Shown here piece after piece: positions 26,712 through 37,899 of a stretch of DNA of 64,000 nt (position 1 is the first letter of the stretch; every line of letters starts with the position of its first letter). The position numbers and the translations under genes were made by a program. Below the pieces are notes generated by a model. It did no database searches and was not told the DNA's origin. It saw nothing but the letters and a program-made list of their open reading frames with translations. The DNA is from an uncultured Gammaproteobacteria bacterium (GTDB lineage Bacteria > Patescibacteriota > Microgenomatia > Daviesbacterales > UBA10151), in contig CAYMUB010000058.1 in the NCBI GenBank assembly GCA_964393545.1, positions 12,297 to 76,296 on the forward strand, read 5' to 3'.

Positions 26712-28162
26712 GGTTCCGGATCAGCTGTTAATGGTATTTTAATCTGAGTTAAATCAGCAATAACAAATTTTGGATTATCTTCTAAAACCTTAAAGTGTCT
26801 AATCACCCAGTTTGTCTTGTCATCTCTGGAGGTAGATATATAGTTGGTAACTCCAAAATCCGCCACCAGCTCGGTCAAAGGAAGAGCAGTGACAGGCCAA
26901 CCAGCCCGGTTGGTTTGGTACAAAAAAGCAGTATCACCATTATAGGGCGCAACTACAATTGCCTCTTTTTTAAGTATCTGGTCTGCTCTCTTTCCGGCTT
27001 CCATTATCACCGGGTTATTAATCTTATAAAACTCTTTTACCTGATTCCAGCTGAAATAAAATGAAAGAGGTAGAAATAACAAGGCTAAAAGAATAGTCCA
27101 AATCCTGGGCAGAAAATTAGGTAATCCATTTATTAAGGAAATAAAACCCTGACTAAAAAACACAGCGATAATTGGCACAGAAATATACTGATAGTAATTA
27201 TGCCGGACATTACCTGTAGCAAAAATAATATAATAGGCAAACATCGATAACATCCAAACATGCAAAAAATAATTTCCATTTTTCGGTTTGATAAGCAGTC
27301 CTAGAATAAAAAGCGCAAACCCTGTTACGCCCAATATTTCCCTACCCAATCTCTCCGAAACTAACCACCACCAAAAACTAGGCCTAAAACGAATGTGGTC
27401 TCCGTTCATCAGCCATCCTGAGGCAGGAATACCTTGAGGTTGTTGCAAAATCCAAAACCTCCAGGCTATAAAAGGCAAAAGCGCCAAAACAATAAACCAA
27501 AATTTTTTGGGAATTTTAAATCCATACTTTGATAAAACTGAATAAATTAAGGGGGGTGTAAAAAAGATGGCCCATGGTTTTATTAAGAAAGCAATTGCAG
27601 TAAAGATAAACCCGGCAATCCCTATCCGCCATCTGGCGGACCAAATCCATTTATCAACAAAATAAACCATTCCTAAAACGAAAAAAAGAAAGGTAGGTTC
27701 AGGTAAAGTTGTTCTGGAGAAGAAAACATTGAATGGCAATAATGCGTACAGAAATGATGTTATAAGAGCAGAAACCTTTCCCAAATATTTTTTACAGATT
27801 AAATACAAAAAGGCAATACTGCCTAAGGAAAATAGAACTGATACTAAACGGGAGTATCTATCTTCTACACCAAAGAACAAATACAGTGGGTAAGTTGCAA
27901 TATTATATATGGGAAATTCTACAAATCTAAAGGTATTAGGGTTTACAATTGGTGTTTCTGAGACTCCTGACATATCATCGTAATGGGGCATTAAAGGATT
28001 AAACCCATTCTTGATAAAGTTTCTCGTAACAGCTGCTGTATCTGCTTGTCTCCATGAATGCCAATCAGCAATAGGAGCATCAATCTTATATAGCCGCACA
28101 GCAAAAGCTAAAGCTAGAATCAAAATTAACCATAGATATTCATTTTTTAGTAGCTTAATCAT
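26708..28162 (-). CDS. GT-C fold membrane glycosyltransferase, ArnT/PMT_2 (GT39/GT83-like)
   Basis: AVRLYKIDAPIADWHSWRQADTAAVTRNF is the characteristic first-loop motif of polyprenyl-phosphate-sugar-dependent GT-C enzymes. The protein has about 12 TM helices. Confidence 0.7.
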   Translation of the reverse strand: MIKLLKNEYLWLILILALAFAVRLYKIDAPIADWHSWRQADTAAVTRNFIKNGFNPLMPHYDDMSGVSETPIVNPNTFRFVEFPIYNIATYPLYLFFGVEDRYSRLVSVLFSLGSIAFLYLICKKYLGKVSALITSFLYALLPFNVFFSRTTLPEPTFLFFVLGMVYFVDKWIWSARWRIGIAGFIFTAIAFLIKPWAIFFTPPLIYSVLSKYGFKIPKKFWFIVLALLPFIAWRFWILQQPQGIPASGWLMNGDHIRFRPSFWWWLVSERLGREILGVTGFALFILGLLIKPKNGNYFLHVWMLSMFAYYIIFATGNVRHNYYQYISVPIIAVFFSQGFISLINGLPNFLPRIWTILLALLFLPLSFYFSWNQVKEFYKINNPVIMEAGKRADQILKKEAIVVAPYNGDTAFLYQTNRAGWPVTALPLTELVADFGVTNYISTSRDDKTNWVIRHFKVLEDNPKFVIADLTQIKIPLTADPEP

Positions 28163-29618
28163 AGTCTTTAATACTTTGTACTCCCAAATTCATTCCCAAC
28201 ATCATCCAAAAAAGAGCTGCCACTTTTGATGCTTCAAAAACATCAATGAATAATCCGTTAATAATAAATGCCACCATCATAGAAAAAACTCCGGCAGAAA
28301 AGAAGCGTACTAACTTATTATTCTTTTTTAACCCTGTTAAAATCCTTTTAGAAACCTCAATAAAAATGAGTATTAAAGATACTGTACCCAGTAGTCCTGC
28401 TTCACCTAAAGATCTTAAAAAGTCATTATCTGTTGCAATGTCAATTGAAGAATAACCGGTTCCCAAAAATGGATTTTTCATAAGGGCCCTAATAGCTCTT
28501 GGCCACTCTATATTTAACCTAATTTGTAGTGATCTATATACACCAAGTTGCGTAGTATCAATCGGCTCTCCGGGGGTTATATCTGTTGCAATACCTCCTG
28601 ACGGAGAGGCAAAACTGGAAGCAGATGCTGAGCTACTGGATGTCTTTACAGCCAGGGTAGGGATATTTAGCTTACTTCTTACTTTTTGATCAACTGTCTT
28701 ACCCTGGTATCTTTGCCCCCAATTAAGAACATTTATTGTTATGGTGGAAATAAATCTATCACGGAGCTGTGATGGGTAAACAAGAATAATAATAACAGAG
28801 ATGATTAAAAGCAGAATATATTTTCTCTTTTTGGAAAAAACTAAGGCTAAAATTATTCCAATAAAAGTTGCGACAAATGATTGCCTGGCTGCAGTCATAA
28901 TTAAAGTAAGCAGAGAAACCCCACCCAGCATACTCATTGGAATTCTAAATCTTTTTTTCAGCGAAAATGATAAAGCAATTAAAACTACAATTGACATGCT
29001 TAAAAAAACAGCAAAATCATAATGCCCAGCAAAGGTTGAGCTTACTCTGGCTCCGGGAGTAAGTCTTAAGATTAGACCCTTGGAAAATTCCGAATTGGTG
29101 GTGGAGATAACCGGCCAATCTAAATATTGTTGGCCCAAAGCATAAATATTAGCCAGTAAAATCACCATTCCCAAAGTAATCAGGACAACAATAAATCTTT
29201 TTCTGGTAGTTAGAACAGTTGCCACAATTGGCAACAAAATAATAAATTCCACTCTTCTTAAAAAATGAAAAATACTTAAGTGTGGAGTAACAGAATGAGT
29301 TAAAAAAATTGCTGAAAAAGTTGAAACAATACCCACAAAGAAAAAAAGCAAAATAGCCTGAATCAGTTTATCATTTAAGATAGCTTTAATTTTATTTAGC
29401 TTTATCAGGTAAAAACCCCAGATTATAACTGTTAGAGCAATAAAAAAATCTTCCAGTCTAACTGCCACAAAGGTTCCTTTTATATTAATCAAAGGGAATT
29501 TAGGGTATAGAGGAATAAATACAAAAAGAAACAAGACTAAAAAGAATAAAATTTGGTTTATTCCTTTTATTGGACTATGTATTACTACTTTTTGGTCAAA
29601 ATATTTAAGTATGGCCAT
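28155..29618 (-). CDS. O-antigen ligase/polymerase (Wzy/WaaL)-like polytopic membrane protein
   Basis: It has more than 10 TM helices and a large loop rich in Ser/Ala (SSSSASASSFASPSGG). Its position is in the polysaccharide locus. Confidence 0.55.
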   Translation of the reverse strand: MAILKYFDQKVVIHSPIKGINQILFFLVLFLFVFIPLYPKFPLINIKGTFVAVRLEDFFIALTVIIWGFYLIKLNKIKAILNDKLIQAILLFFFVGIVSTFSAIFLTHSVTPHLSIFHFLRRVEFIILLPIVATVLTTRKRFIVVLITLGMVILLANIYALGQQYLDWPVISTTNSEFSKGLILRLTPGARVSSTFAGHYDFAVFLSMSIVVLIALSFSLKKRFRIPMSMLGGVSLLTLIMTAARQSFVATFIGIILALVFSKKRKYILLLIISVIIILVYPSQLRDRFISTITINVLNWGQRYQGKTVDQKVRSKLNIPTLAVKTSSSSASASSFASPSGGIATDITPGEPIDTTQLGVYRSLQIRLNIEWPRAIRALMKNPFLGTGYSSIDIATDNDFLRSLGEAGLLGTVSLILIFIEVSKRILTGLKKNNKLVRFFSAGVFSMMVAFIINGLFIDVFEASKVAALFWMMLGMNLGVQSIKDYD

Positions 29619-30166
29619 TATGAAAGTATCTTTCTGCCTAATCTATAGGTATAAAGAATGGATAAACAGATACTAAACCAGACGATTAATCTAACAAAGA
29701 CAGATGAGGGGTAAAATCTTATAGTTGTTTTGGTATACCAATCTTTACCCCCTTCACTAAACTTAGAAGATCCCCAAAATTTGGGAGAACCATCTTCATA
29801 AAAAGGTTCCAGACCATTCACGTATAATGAATCTCTTAATGGGTAAACAAACTCTTCTAAGAAAGTTGAGTCTGTATGTTTCTTGATCACATTCCAGGAC
29901 ACCTCCGGCGGATGGTTTAATCTCATTGGTGGAAAAGGTAATAAAGTTTTCTGAAAATAATTAGTGCGGTAGAAGTAAGTTACAAAATTACGGTATTTAT
30001 TTGAAAAATATCCTGCCACATTTGGTACTTGAGCTACATTATCACCGGCGAGGGTGGATTTATAAGAATCCGGCAATTGTTTAAAAACAGAAATTGAACC
30101 TGGACCAGGCCAAAGCATATACAATAAAAATAATCCTGCAAAAGTCAGATACAATTTTTTGATCAT
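29618..30166 (-). CDS. Hypothetical bitopic membrane protein
   Basis: It has an N-terminal and a C-terminal hydrophobic segment and no recognisable motifs. Confidence 0.45.
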   Translation of the reverse strand: MIKKLYLTFAGLFLLYMLWPGPGSISVFKQLPDSYKSTLAGDNVAQVPNVAGYFSNKYRNFVTYFYRTNYFQKTLLPFPPMRLNHPPEVSWNVIKKHTDSTFLEEFVYPLRDSLYVNGLEPFYEDGSPKFWGSSKFSEGGKDWYTKTTIRFYPSSVFVRLIVWFSICLSILYTYRLGRKILS

Positions 30167-30786
30167 TGAAATAATCTAGCTCTGCCTAATTTATAGTGGG
30201 GATCTGTTAATTTTCTTTCCCCGATTACTTGGGCTGGTACACCACCCACTATGGCAAACTCTAGCACATCTTTAGTCACTACAGCTCCTGCTGCCACAAC
30301 TGCTCCTTTTCCAATCCTTACGCCTGCCAGAATAATTGACCTGGGTCCGATAAAAACATAATCTGCTATTTCCACTGAATCCAAACTAGCCTGAAAATCT
30401 TCAGAATTTAAATCATGTTCAGAGTTATAGATCATCACTTCAGATGCAATATCTACATGATTGCCTATGATCAAAGTGTCCCTTCCATCCAGAAAGACAT
30501 TCATGCCTATAATGGAATCTTCACCAATTTTTATTTTTCTTAAAGAAAAAAAACGACCGCCCATATGAATACTTGAACCCTTACCAATTTTTGCTCCTCC
30601 GAGACGCATTATAAAACGGCGCAAATGATGTGAAGGAAGATTTACCAGTAGATGAATAAGAAATAAACCAAGGTCCGCCAAATAATTATACAATCTAGTG
30701 GTTCCTTTCTGGTGAACTTGCTTTAAGGAAAGCTCTTTTCCCATCCTGTCATGAAAAATGGACATAATTAGATTATAGCAGTTCAA
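30163..30786 (-). CDS. Hexapeptide-repeat (LbH) sugar O-acetyltransferase
   Basis: Left-handed beta-helix repeats are present: IGKGSSIHMGGRF...IGNHVDIASEVMIYN...GVRIGKGAVVAAGAVV. Confidence 0.75.
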   Translation of the reverse strand: MNCYNLIMSIFHDRMGKELSLKQVHQKGTTRLYNYLADLGLFLIHLLVNLPSHHLRRFIMRLGGAKIGKGSSIHMGGRFFSLRKIKIGEDSIIGMNVFLDGRDTLIIGNHVDIASEVMIYNSEHDLNSEDFQASLDSVEIADYVFIGPRSIILAGVRIGKGAVVAAGAVVTKDVLEFAIVGGVPAQVIGERKLTDPHYKLGRARLFQ

Positions 30787-31870
30787 ACACTTTCAAGGTA
30801 GTTTTTGCCATTTTATCCCAGGAAAATTTCTTGCTCTGCAAGACAACTGCTTTAGCAAACTTTAAATGCATTTTTTTATCAGTAATTATTGTTCTTATTG
30901 CCTGTTCCAACTGGTTTATAGAATAAGGATCAATCAAAATACCTGCTTTACCTACCACCTCAGGTAAGGATGAAACATTAGAAACTATAACTGGTGTTCC
31001 ACAAGCCATAGCTTCCAGCACAGGTATGCCAAATCCTTCCCAAAGAGATGGCATTACAAAAGATTTCGCTCCTGCGATAAGCTCTGGTAAATCATCTGAA
31101 GGTATAAAACCTAAAAATTTAACTCTATCCGCTATTTTTAATCTATTAGCAGTTTCCAAGATTTCATCATACATCCAGCCTTTTTTCCCCACCACTACTA
31201 AAGTCAGGTTATCAATTCTGAATACTGCTTCAATCAAACGGATAAGATTTTTTCTTGGCTGAAGGGTTCCAATATATATGATGTAATTATCCCCTGTCTT
31301 ATATTTAGTTTTTATTTCCTGTACCCTGTTCCCTGTACCCTGTTCCCTATATTTCTCTTTATCATATCCTGGATAAGCTACAGTAATTTTTGTCCTATCA
31401 ATTTTATATTGGTCAATAATATCCTGTTTTGAAAAATTAGAAATAGTAATTATATGATCAGCATTTTTGATTGAAAATTTTGTCCAGTTGGTAAGCTGCC
31501 ATAGGTCTTTTTTGTTAAACATTTCCGGAAAATGTAAGAAGGATAAGTCAAAAATAGTTACAATTCGCTTTACCGGAGAAAATCTGGGAATATAATGTGT
31601 GGGAGAAAAAAAGATATCAGGCTTTTCCTTTGTGGAGTAGAGTGCTAAGGGCAAGGCAATTTGGGTCCATAATCTTTTGGGTTTTAGTATTCTATACTTC
31701 CATCCCATTCTTTCTTTTGGTAAATCTACAATTGGTGGGTTTGGTAGAACAACAGTATATTCATTAGTTTTATCAATGTCTTCTAAATTTTTTAACAACT
31801 CAAAAGCAACTTGGGATGATCCAAGTCTTTGCTGTACATTTGCTTCGTACCCATCAATCCAAATTTTCAT
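30773..31870 (-). CDS. Glycosyltransferase family 4 (GT-B)
   Basis: [29 protein letters not shown]. Confidence 0.8.
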   Translation of the reverse strand: MKIWIDGYEANVQQRLGSSQVAFELLKNLEDIDKTNEYTVVLPNPPIVDLPKERMGWKYRILKPKRLWTQIALPLALYSTKEKPDIFFSPTHYIPRFSPVKRIVTIFDLSFLHFPEMFNKKDLWQLTNWTKFSIKNADHIITISNFSKQDIIDQYKIDRTKITVAYPGYDKEKYREQGTGNRVQEIKTKYKTGDNYIIYIGTLQPRKNLIRLIEAVFRIDNLTLVVVGKKGWMYDEILETANRLKIADRVKFLGFIPSDDLPELIAGAKSFVMPSLWEGFGIPVLEAMACGTPVIVSNVSSLPEVVGKAGILIDPYSINQLEQAIRTIITDKKMHLKFAKAVVLQSKKFSWDKMAKTTLKVFELL

Positions 31871-31871
31871 A

Positions 31872-33404
31872 TTATCTTAATTTCTTTATATAAGCAGAAT
31901 ATCCTCCTTCATCAATCTTATTATATCCACCTACATCTTTATCAGGTGGTACTCTAGATTCTGATAAAATTACATCATAGGTGACCGTATCATGCTTTAT
32001 TTCTTCAGGATATAGCCAGCTGAAATTGTGATCAGTATAACTTATAGTAGGGATTCTCCCATAAATTTTAAATAGATATCTCCACCCTTCGAAGTTATGA
32101 CAAATACCCATTCCATCTATTGAAAAATTACTATCTCCTACTACCTCCATTACTTTACTAATCAGTCCCTTCTTTGCACCCAGACTAAATTTATCTGATG
32201 AACTAAGAATTGTATTGATCCCAATTACTAGGATGAGTAATATAAAAACAAAAAAAAGTATTTTTAATTTTTTATTTGCTCTACTTATTATTATTCCTGG
32301 AATTAAAGTAAAAAAAGCTATAAAGCCATTAAGGTGGTAGTCTAAAGCACCACCAGTATAAATAATATAGGATCCAAGAGATATGAGTAAAAAATATCTT
32401 AGAAGACTATATGCTTTTTTCTTCTCTTTAAAACTAATTACTAAGAAAAATAGAAATAATACTAAAGATAATCCTGAGAGCCAGGGGAAAGAAGAACTTC
32501 TTTCAGTAAAAGTATTAGAAAACTTAATTCCCTTTTTTATCAATAGGGGATTACAATGAATATTTAATTCATCCGCATTGGGCACATTTTGTTTTAAGTA
32601 CCAAAATCTACCCATAGAACTGAGGAAAGAAACAAACTTACCCTGAGGATCAAATCTTGCTCCCAGTTTTTCTGCCTGATTACTATAACGGCTTAAAACT
32701 GTTAGATTACTCCAATTGTGAAAGTAATCAAATACAACCAAAGGCCAGTAGAATAAAAAGAATACTAGAATACAACCCAAAACTAATTTCTTATTTAGAA
32801 AATATTTCCCCTTTAAAAATAACCAAACGCCAATTATTACTAAAGGCAGGGGAGCTAACTCTGTTTCAAATATTGCTCCAACTAGAGCTGAGTAAAGAAG
32901 CCACCACCAAGGGGATTTTTTTACCATCATCAATGATATAAACATCAAAAGTCCAATAAGTGGGGCAAACATTGGATTCCAATACTTCTGATCATAAAAA
33001 ACTACTAAAGGTAATCCTGTATAAAGCAATGATGCTACAATTCCCGTAGTTAAGTTAAAAAATTTCCACCCTGCATAGAATAAAATTACTGAGGTAATTA
33101 CTCCAAAAACTGCGGCAACATAACCAGTAAATAAGGGGTCTCCTGAAGAAATCCAAAGCAAAAAAGCAGTAAAATAAGTAAAATAAGGACCTAAATAATA
33201 ATCCAAGAAAGATGCGCTTACACCTATCCAGATAGGATGCAGGTCTTTGACCAGAGTCATAGCATAAGTAGCTTGATATTCCTCATCAAAACCAAATATA
33301 TAAAGTTTAGAAAGGTTGTGGAACCTAAGAAATATTCCCAAACAAATAATTAACACAAGAAAGATTCCTATCTTGTGTTTATTTAACTTTTTAACTATTA
33401 GCAT
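31872..33404 (-). CDS. GT-C-like polytopic membrane glycosyltransferase (ArnT/PMT_2-like)
   Basis: The protein is 510 aa with about 12 TM helices. An N-terminal loop, FRFHNLSKLYIFGFDEEYQATYA, is followed by hydrophobic repeats. Confidence 0.55.
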   Translation of the reverse strand: MLIVKKLNKHKIGIFLVLIICLGIFLRFHNLSKLYIFGFDEEYQATYAMTLVKDLHPIWIGVSASFLDYYLGPYFTYFTAFLLWISSGDPLFTGYVAAVFGVITSVILFYAGWKFFNLTTGIVASLLYTGLPLVVFYDQKYWNPMFAPLIGLLMFISLMMVKKSPWWWLLYSALVGAIFETELAPLPLVIIGVWLFLKGKYFLNKKLVLGCILVFFLFYWPLVVFDYFHNWSNLTVLSRYSNQAEKLGARFDPQGKFVSFLSSMGRFWYLKQNVPNADELNIHCNPLLIKKGIKFSNTFTERSSSFPWLSGLSLVLFLFFLVISFKEKKKAYSLLRYFLLISLGSYIIYTGGALDYHLNGFIAFFTLIPGIIISRANKKLKILFFVFILLILVIGINTILSSSDKFSLGAKKGLISKVMEVVGDSNFSIDGMGICHNFEGWRYLFKIYGRIPTISYTDHNFSWLYPEEIKHDTVTYDVILSESRVPPDKDVGGYNKIDEGGYSAYIKKLR

Positions 33405-34425
33405 CGAGTAGTTTTCTGTATACTTGAAATGTCTGTTCAGCAGTTTTTTTCCAGGAGAATTTTTTGACTTGTTCCTTACCTTTTTTTATCATCTCATTTT
33501 TCAGTGCTTGATCTCTCATTACTAAATCCAATTTTTCTTTAATATCTTCTACTTCTAAGGGGTCAACATACAATGCTGCTTCTCCGCCTACCTCTGGCAT
33601 TGATGAAACATTAGAAGTTATTACAGGCAGATTTGAAGAAAAGGCATCTAATATTGGAATTCCAAACCCCTCATAAACTGATGCATATAGTAAAACTGAA
33701 GCTGACTGATAAAGTAGTTCCAATTCATCAAATTCTAACCAGGGTATAGTTTGTCCGGTTATTACCAGATTGTATTCTTTACAAGCTTCTTTAATTCTAT
33801 TTAGATTCCTTCTCTCTCCCACTCCTCCAATTGCCAGTACAAATTTTTCAGGTAAATTGTATTTTTTTAAAAATTCCCTAATCTTTTCTTGAGATTGAGG
33901 TTTAAAATCTACTGTGGGTGCTTCATAAATTACAGTTATTTTCTCCTCAGGAATACTGGAAACTTCCAGCAAATCCTTTTTTGTGACATTAGAAACTACT
34001 ATTACTTCATCTATCTCTTTTTCAACTATTTTTAATCTTCTTTTATGCACCTCTACAATTTTAGGGTGAGACCATTGGGGATATTTTAAAGGCACCACAT
34101 CATGATAGGTAGTAACCTTTTTTGCCTTACTTGGCGGTTGGGTCCAATCAGACGAGTGGAAGATATCCAACGACCCCAGGAATTTTTCAATACCAACATT
34201 TCTCCATCTGTTAAAAAGCATTTCAAAAAAAGTCGGCGGCAGTTTATATTTTTTGACGTTTTTTAAAATGCCATGATAAGATTTTCTAAAGGATGAATAA
34301 AAAAAGGCCATTTCTAAATCCTTATTTTTTAGTAATTGCTCAGCTAAATTTTTGGTATAAGTAGCAACTCCGCCTCTGTGAGCAAGTTGTGAGATATCCA
34401 TTCCAACAAGAATTTTGGTACTCAT
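33391..34425 (-). CDS. Glycosyltransferase family 4 (GT-B)
   Basis: [28 protein letters not shown]. Confidence 0.75.
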   Translation of the reverse strand: MSTKILVGMDISQLAHRGGVATYTKNLAEQLLKNKDLEMAFFYSSFRKSYHGILKNVKKYKLPPTFFEMLFNRWRNVGIEKFLGSLDIFHSSDWTQPPSKAKKVTTYHDVVPLKYPQWSHPKIVEVHKRRLKIVEKEIDEVIVVSNVTKKDLLEVSSIPEEKITVIYEAPTVDFKPQSQEKIREFLKKYNLPEKFVLAIGGVGERRNLNRIKEACKEYNLVITGQTIPWLEFDELELLYQSASVLLYASVYEGFGIPILDAFSSNLPVITSNVSSMPEVGGEAALYVDPLEVEDIKEKLDLVMRDQALKNEMIKKGKEQVKKFSWKKTAEQTFQVYRKLLDANS

Positions 34426-35783
34426 TTTCTTTTTAAAATCTCCGTATCTCCCACATTATCTATCTTCTCATAGTTATCTATCAAATATGCATTAATATCA
34501 CTGCCAAATCCGCTAATAGGCCGGCCTTCAATCTTAACTGTTTTATCAACAACCACAATATCAGGTCTATCCTGTTTAAGTCCCGCTAAAATCCTATCTT
34601 GCGCAATCTGGAAAAACCAGGGAAATTGGAAAACAAAAATATCTCCAGCAGGCAAAGTTTGAGTCATCTGATAAAGATGCGGGGCTGCCCCAAAAACAAA
34701 AATTTTATCCTTGGGTTTTGTATACTGCATAATCTTTCCTGCTATTTTATACGTTTGTTCATCAAAAAAGAAAACTTTATTTCCTGTATGGCCTTTGTAG
34801 AAAATATTCTGCCACCATAAAGCTATAAATATATAAATGCCAATAAATATTAGGCCCATTTTCTGTTTGTTTAGAGAATAGGCGGCTAAAGCAGTAAGTA
34901 TTACAGCAAAAGGCAATGCCGGTTGAAAATGCACAAAATCAAACCTTGTAGTAAGCCCTAATAAACTTCCAACCAGAAAAATCAAAAGAATTTGGACCGG
35001 CCGTTCCTTTATTTTGCCAACCGTTAAAAAAGCAGTTCCGAAAACTAAAATTACTCTTGATAAATGAGCAAAGTCGCCTCCCCCTCCCCTGCCATATTTT
35101 GCAAAAACTGTTAGATTAAAAATTACTGTCCAATAAAAAAAATCATTAAATACATCCTTGCTTATTAAATAAATAATCATTAGAAAAACAGGTAAAGATA
35201 AACCGATAAAAAAATCTCTCATTTTTTTAAATTCCCTGCTCTCCCACCAGACATAGAATAAGAGTATGGCAGCAAGCGGAATCATTACTTGTTTAAAAAC
35301 TACTGCTAAGCCTATGAATATACCGCTGATAAAAAACTTTCTGTTATATAGAAAATAAAATGCCGGTAATAAAATAAGCGGTAAAAAACTATCAATCCAC
35401 AAAACCCATCCCTCAAAAAACGGCTGCCATATTAAATACAATAAGTTTACTAAAAGAGCTTTGTAGCCATTTTTAAAAAAATTTCTGGAAATTACAAACA
35501 AAAATAGATGGGTAATTAATACCACAGCAATCAACCATATCCTTGCTGTATCAGGATTTGTCATTCCTAAATTATTAAAATTTATGGGTAAAAACATAAG
35601 TCCGGGAAAATGCTGGTCTAAAATTTGTTTATACGGCAGCAGCCCATTGTTTGTTAAATACGGATAAATAAAAAGTTCAGGATATGGAAAAAAAATTAGT
35701 TTAGTAAGTAAAAGGCCGTGAACCAGTAAAATTAAACCAAATAAAAAATATTGCAGATTATTCTTTAACATAATGATAAACAA
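34422..35783 (-). CDS. Polytopic membrane protein, putative GT-C/DUF2029-type glycosyltransferase
   Basis: This 453-aa protein has more than 10 TM helices and sits in the glycan locus. No soluble domain is evident. Confidence 0.45.
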   Translation of the reverse strand: MFIIMLKNNLQYFLFGLILLVHGLLLTKLIFFPYPELFIYPYLTNNGLLPYKQILDQHFPGLMFLPINFNNLGMTNPDTARIWLIAVVLITHLFLFVISRNFFKNGYKALLVNLLYLIWQPFFEGWVLWIDSFLPLILLPAFYFLYNRKFFISGIFIGLAVVFKQVMIPLAAILLFYVWWESREFKKMRDFFIGLSLPVFLMIIYLISKDVFNDFFYWTVIFNLTVFAKYGRGGGGDFAHLSRVILVFGTAFLTVGKIKERPVQILLIFLVGSLLGLTTRFDFVHFQPALPFAVILTALAAYSLNKQKMGLIFIGIYIFIALWWQNIFYKGHTGNKVFFFDEQTYKIAGKIMQYTKPKDKIFVFGAAPHLYQMTQTLPAGDIFVFQFPWFFQIAQDRILAGLKQDRPDIVVVDKTVKIEGRPISGFGSDINAYLIDNYEKIDNVGDTEILKRK

Positions 35784-37146
35784 ATCCTACACCTGTAAAG
35801 TTCTTAATCTCTGTTTGTTTGTATCCCAAATTCTCTAATTTTTTAGCTACCAATCTGTCGGGGTCACTAATCTGCACTAAATAATCAACAAGGTAAATAT
35901 TTGTTCCTATAATATCCGATATATCATTCCTGGCCGGAAAATTTTTCAAAGCTCCTTTTGCATTTAATCTTTCTTTATTATAATAATCAAAAGGAGGAAA
36001 TGTCCCGGAGCTTTCAAATAAAACCAATCCGGGTTTGTCTCTAAAAAAGTTTACTAATCCTTTCCAGTCTTCCCTCTGATACAGAGGATTGTACAAATAA
36101 ACCAGTGTACAAAATAGTTCTATTAAGACAACAAGCAACAAGAAAATATTCTTTAATCTTTTCATGGATAAAATGCCTAAGGATACTAAAATAAGAAATA
36201 AAGGCAAAATATATAAAACTCTAAAGTAACTAAAAATGGGCGCCACAAAAGAAATAGTTGTTGCTATAAACAAAGGAATAATAATCAAAATAATTAACAG
36301 CTTACTGCGAAAATTATTAATAGATTTAACTCCTCTATATAAAAGAAACGTAAACAAACTACATACCGGCAATAAAACTAACCCATACAATAATTTATCT
36401 GCCAAACTAATTCTGCCGATGATAAATTTTACAAATGTCAAGGGTAATGTTTTAAAATCAAAAGCCCCGTTAACAAACTTCCAGGTTGGCAAATTTGCGG
36501 ATGCCACAGACCCCACATCAAGCTGGGTCAAAAATATTGGCAGCCACCAGACTCCAAATAATAACGCGGAAGCTAATGCTATCAACCACTTTTTAAACAG
36601 TTCTTTTTTGAAAAGCAACAAAAATACAAATTGTGCCGGAAAAATAAAATAGGCTAAATAATCTGATGCCAATACTACTATATTACTAAAAATAAGAAAA
36701 AGTAAATTTAGCTTTTCTCCTTTGACTAACTTTAAGAGGAGTAAAATATTAACTGAAACTACCAAGGTTGCCATGACATACATTCTGGCTTCCTGACTGT
36801 AGTAGATATGCAAAGGATTAATGGACAAAAGTAATGCAGCTATCAACCCAAGTCCGCTGGATTTTAATTTCTTGCCAATTAAGTAAACTACCCATATAGT
36901 TAGTACTCCAAAAATCACTGAGGGCATTCTGACTACAATTTCAGAGTAACCAAAAAGTTTACCCCAAAACCATAAAATTATAAACCAGCCTGGTGGATGA
37001 AAATCAGCTGTAGCATACTGCGTAAGCATTCCATATAAAGAATTATTTCTAGCGGCAATAACATTAATCGCTTCATCCAACCAGAGACTTTGATTTAAAT
37101 TAACCAACCTTAAAACTAAACCTAAGAGTAAAATTAGAAAAATCAT
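35758..37146 (-). CDS. GT-C fold membrane glycosyltransferase, PMT_2/ArnT-like
   Basis: LVLRLVNLNQSLWLDEAINVIAARN...YSQEARMY is the dolichyl-P-mannose-protein mannosyltransferase-like first-loop motif. Confidence 0.65.
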   Translation of the reverse strand: MIFLILLLGLVLRLVNLNQSLWLDEAINVIAARNNSLYGMLTQYATADFHPPGWFIILWFWGKLFGYSEIVVRMPSVIFGVLTIWVVYLIGKKLKSSGLGLIAALLLSINPLHIYYSQEARMYVMATLVVSVNILLLLKLVKGEKLNLLFLIFSNIVVLASDYLAYFIFPAQFVFLLLFKKELFKKWLIALASALLFGVWWLPIFLTQLDVGSVASANLPTWKFVNGAFDFKTLPLTFVKFIIGRISLADKLLYGLVLLPVCSLFTFLLYRGVKSINNFRSKLLIILIIIPLFIATTISFVAPIFSYFRVLYILPLFLILVSLGILSMKRLKNIFLLLVVLIELFCTLVYLYNPLYQREDWKGLVNFFRDKPGLVLFESSGTFPPFDYYNKERLNAKGALKNFPARNDISDIIGTNIYLVDYLVQISDPDRLVAKKLENLGYKQTEIKNFTGVGFVYHYVKE

Positions 37147-37899
37147 TTACTTTTGATCCTTTTCCCATAGCTTAATCTCAACCATTAATTGATAAACCAT
37201 CATAAAATAGATTAAACTAAAGCCTAAGCTACCATCCAAAAACCCCTGATGTTTTATAAATCTGACTAAAAACTCACGGGTAGGCATCGAAAAAAAACTT
37301 TTCCAGGAAAATCTTTTACCTAATTCATATCTCTGTTGTGCCTCAATCTCAGAATACCTATTTTGACGGTCTAAAAATTGGCTCAAATTATCATACCCAA
37401 AATGTAAAATGGCTAAATCCTCATCTGCCGGTAATTGCAATATTTCCCCTTCAACTTTCGGATAGCTGTGTATTTTTACGGACCACGAAACCTTTCCTTT
37501 TTTGAAAAACCTAATATGTCTATCCGGCCACCAATTACTGTGGGCTACCCATTTATCAAAAAATATATTTTTCCGTGGAATATTAACAGCAGTATACTTG
37601 TCTTCAGATGCTATTTGCTTAAGTTTCTTTTTTAAATTATCTGAAACTGTCTCATCCGGATCTAAAATTAAAATCCAATCTAATGATGCTTTTGAAATAG
37701 AGTAATTCCTCACTAACTCAACAAGATTTACAAAATCATGATGATAAATTTTTGCTTTATATTTTTTTGCAATCTCTAAACTATTATCCTCTGAACCTAA
37801 GTCCAAAACTATTATTTCATCTGCAAAATCAGAAACGCTTTTTAAGCATCTATCTAATTTTTCCCCTTCATTAAAACAAATTGAAACTACTGATATCAT
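37147..37899 (-). CDS. Glycosyltransferase family 2
   Basis: MISVVSICFNEGEKLDRCL...DEIIVLDLGSEDNS and DPDE are present. Confidence 0.75.
   Translation of the reverse strand: MISVVSICFNEGEKLDRCLKSVSDFADEIIVLDLGSEDNSLEIAKKYKAKIYHHDFVNLVELVRNYSISKASLDWILILDPDETVSDNLKKKLKQIASEDKYTAVNIPRKNIFFDKWVAHSNWWPDRHIRFFKKGKVSWSVKIHSYPKVEGEILQLPADEDLAILHFGYDNLSQFLDRQNRYSEIEAQQRYELGKRFSWKSFFSMPTREFLVRFIKHQGFLDGSLGFSLIYFMMVYQLMVEIKLWEKDQK

Noticed and set aside
28600-28680. Ser/Ala-rich low-complexity stretch (SSSSASASSFASPSGG)
   Set aside because: It is an in-frame periplasmic loop of the Wzy-like protein. It is not a nucleotide-level repeat.
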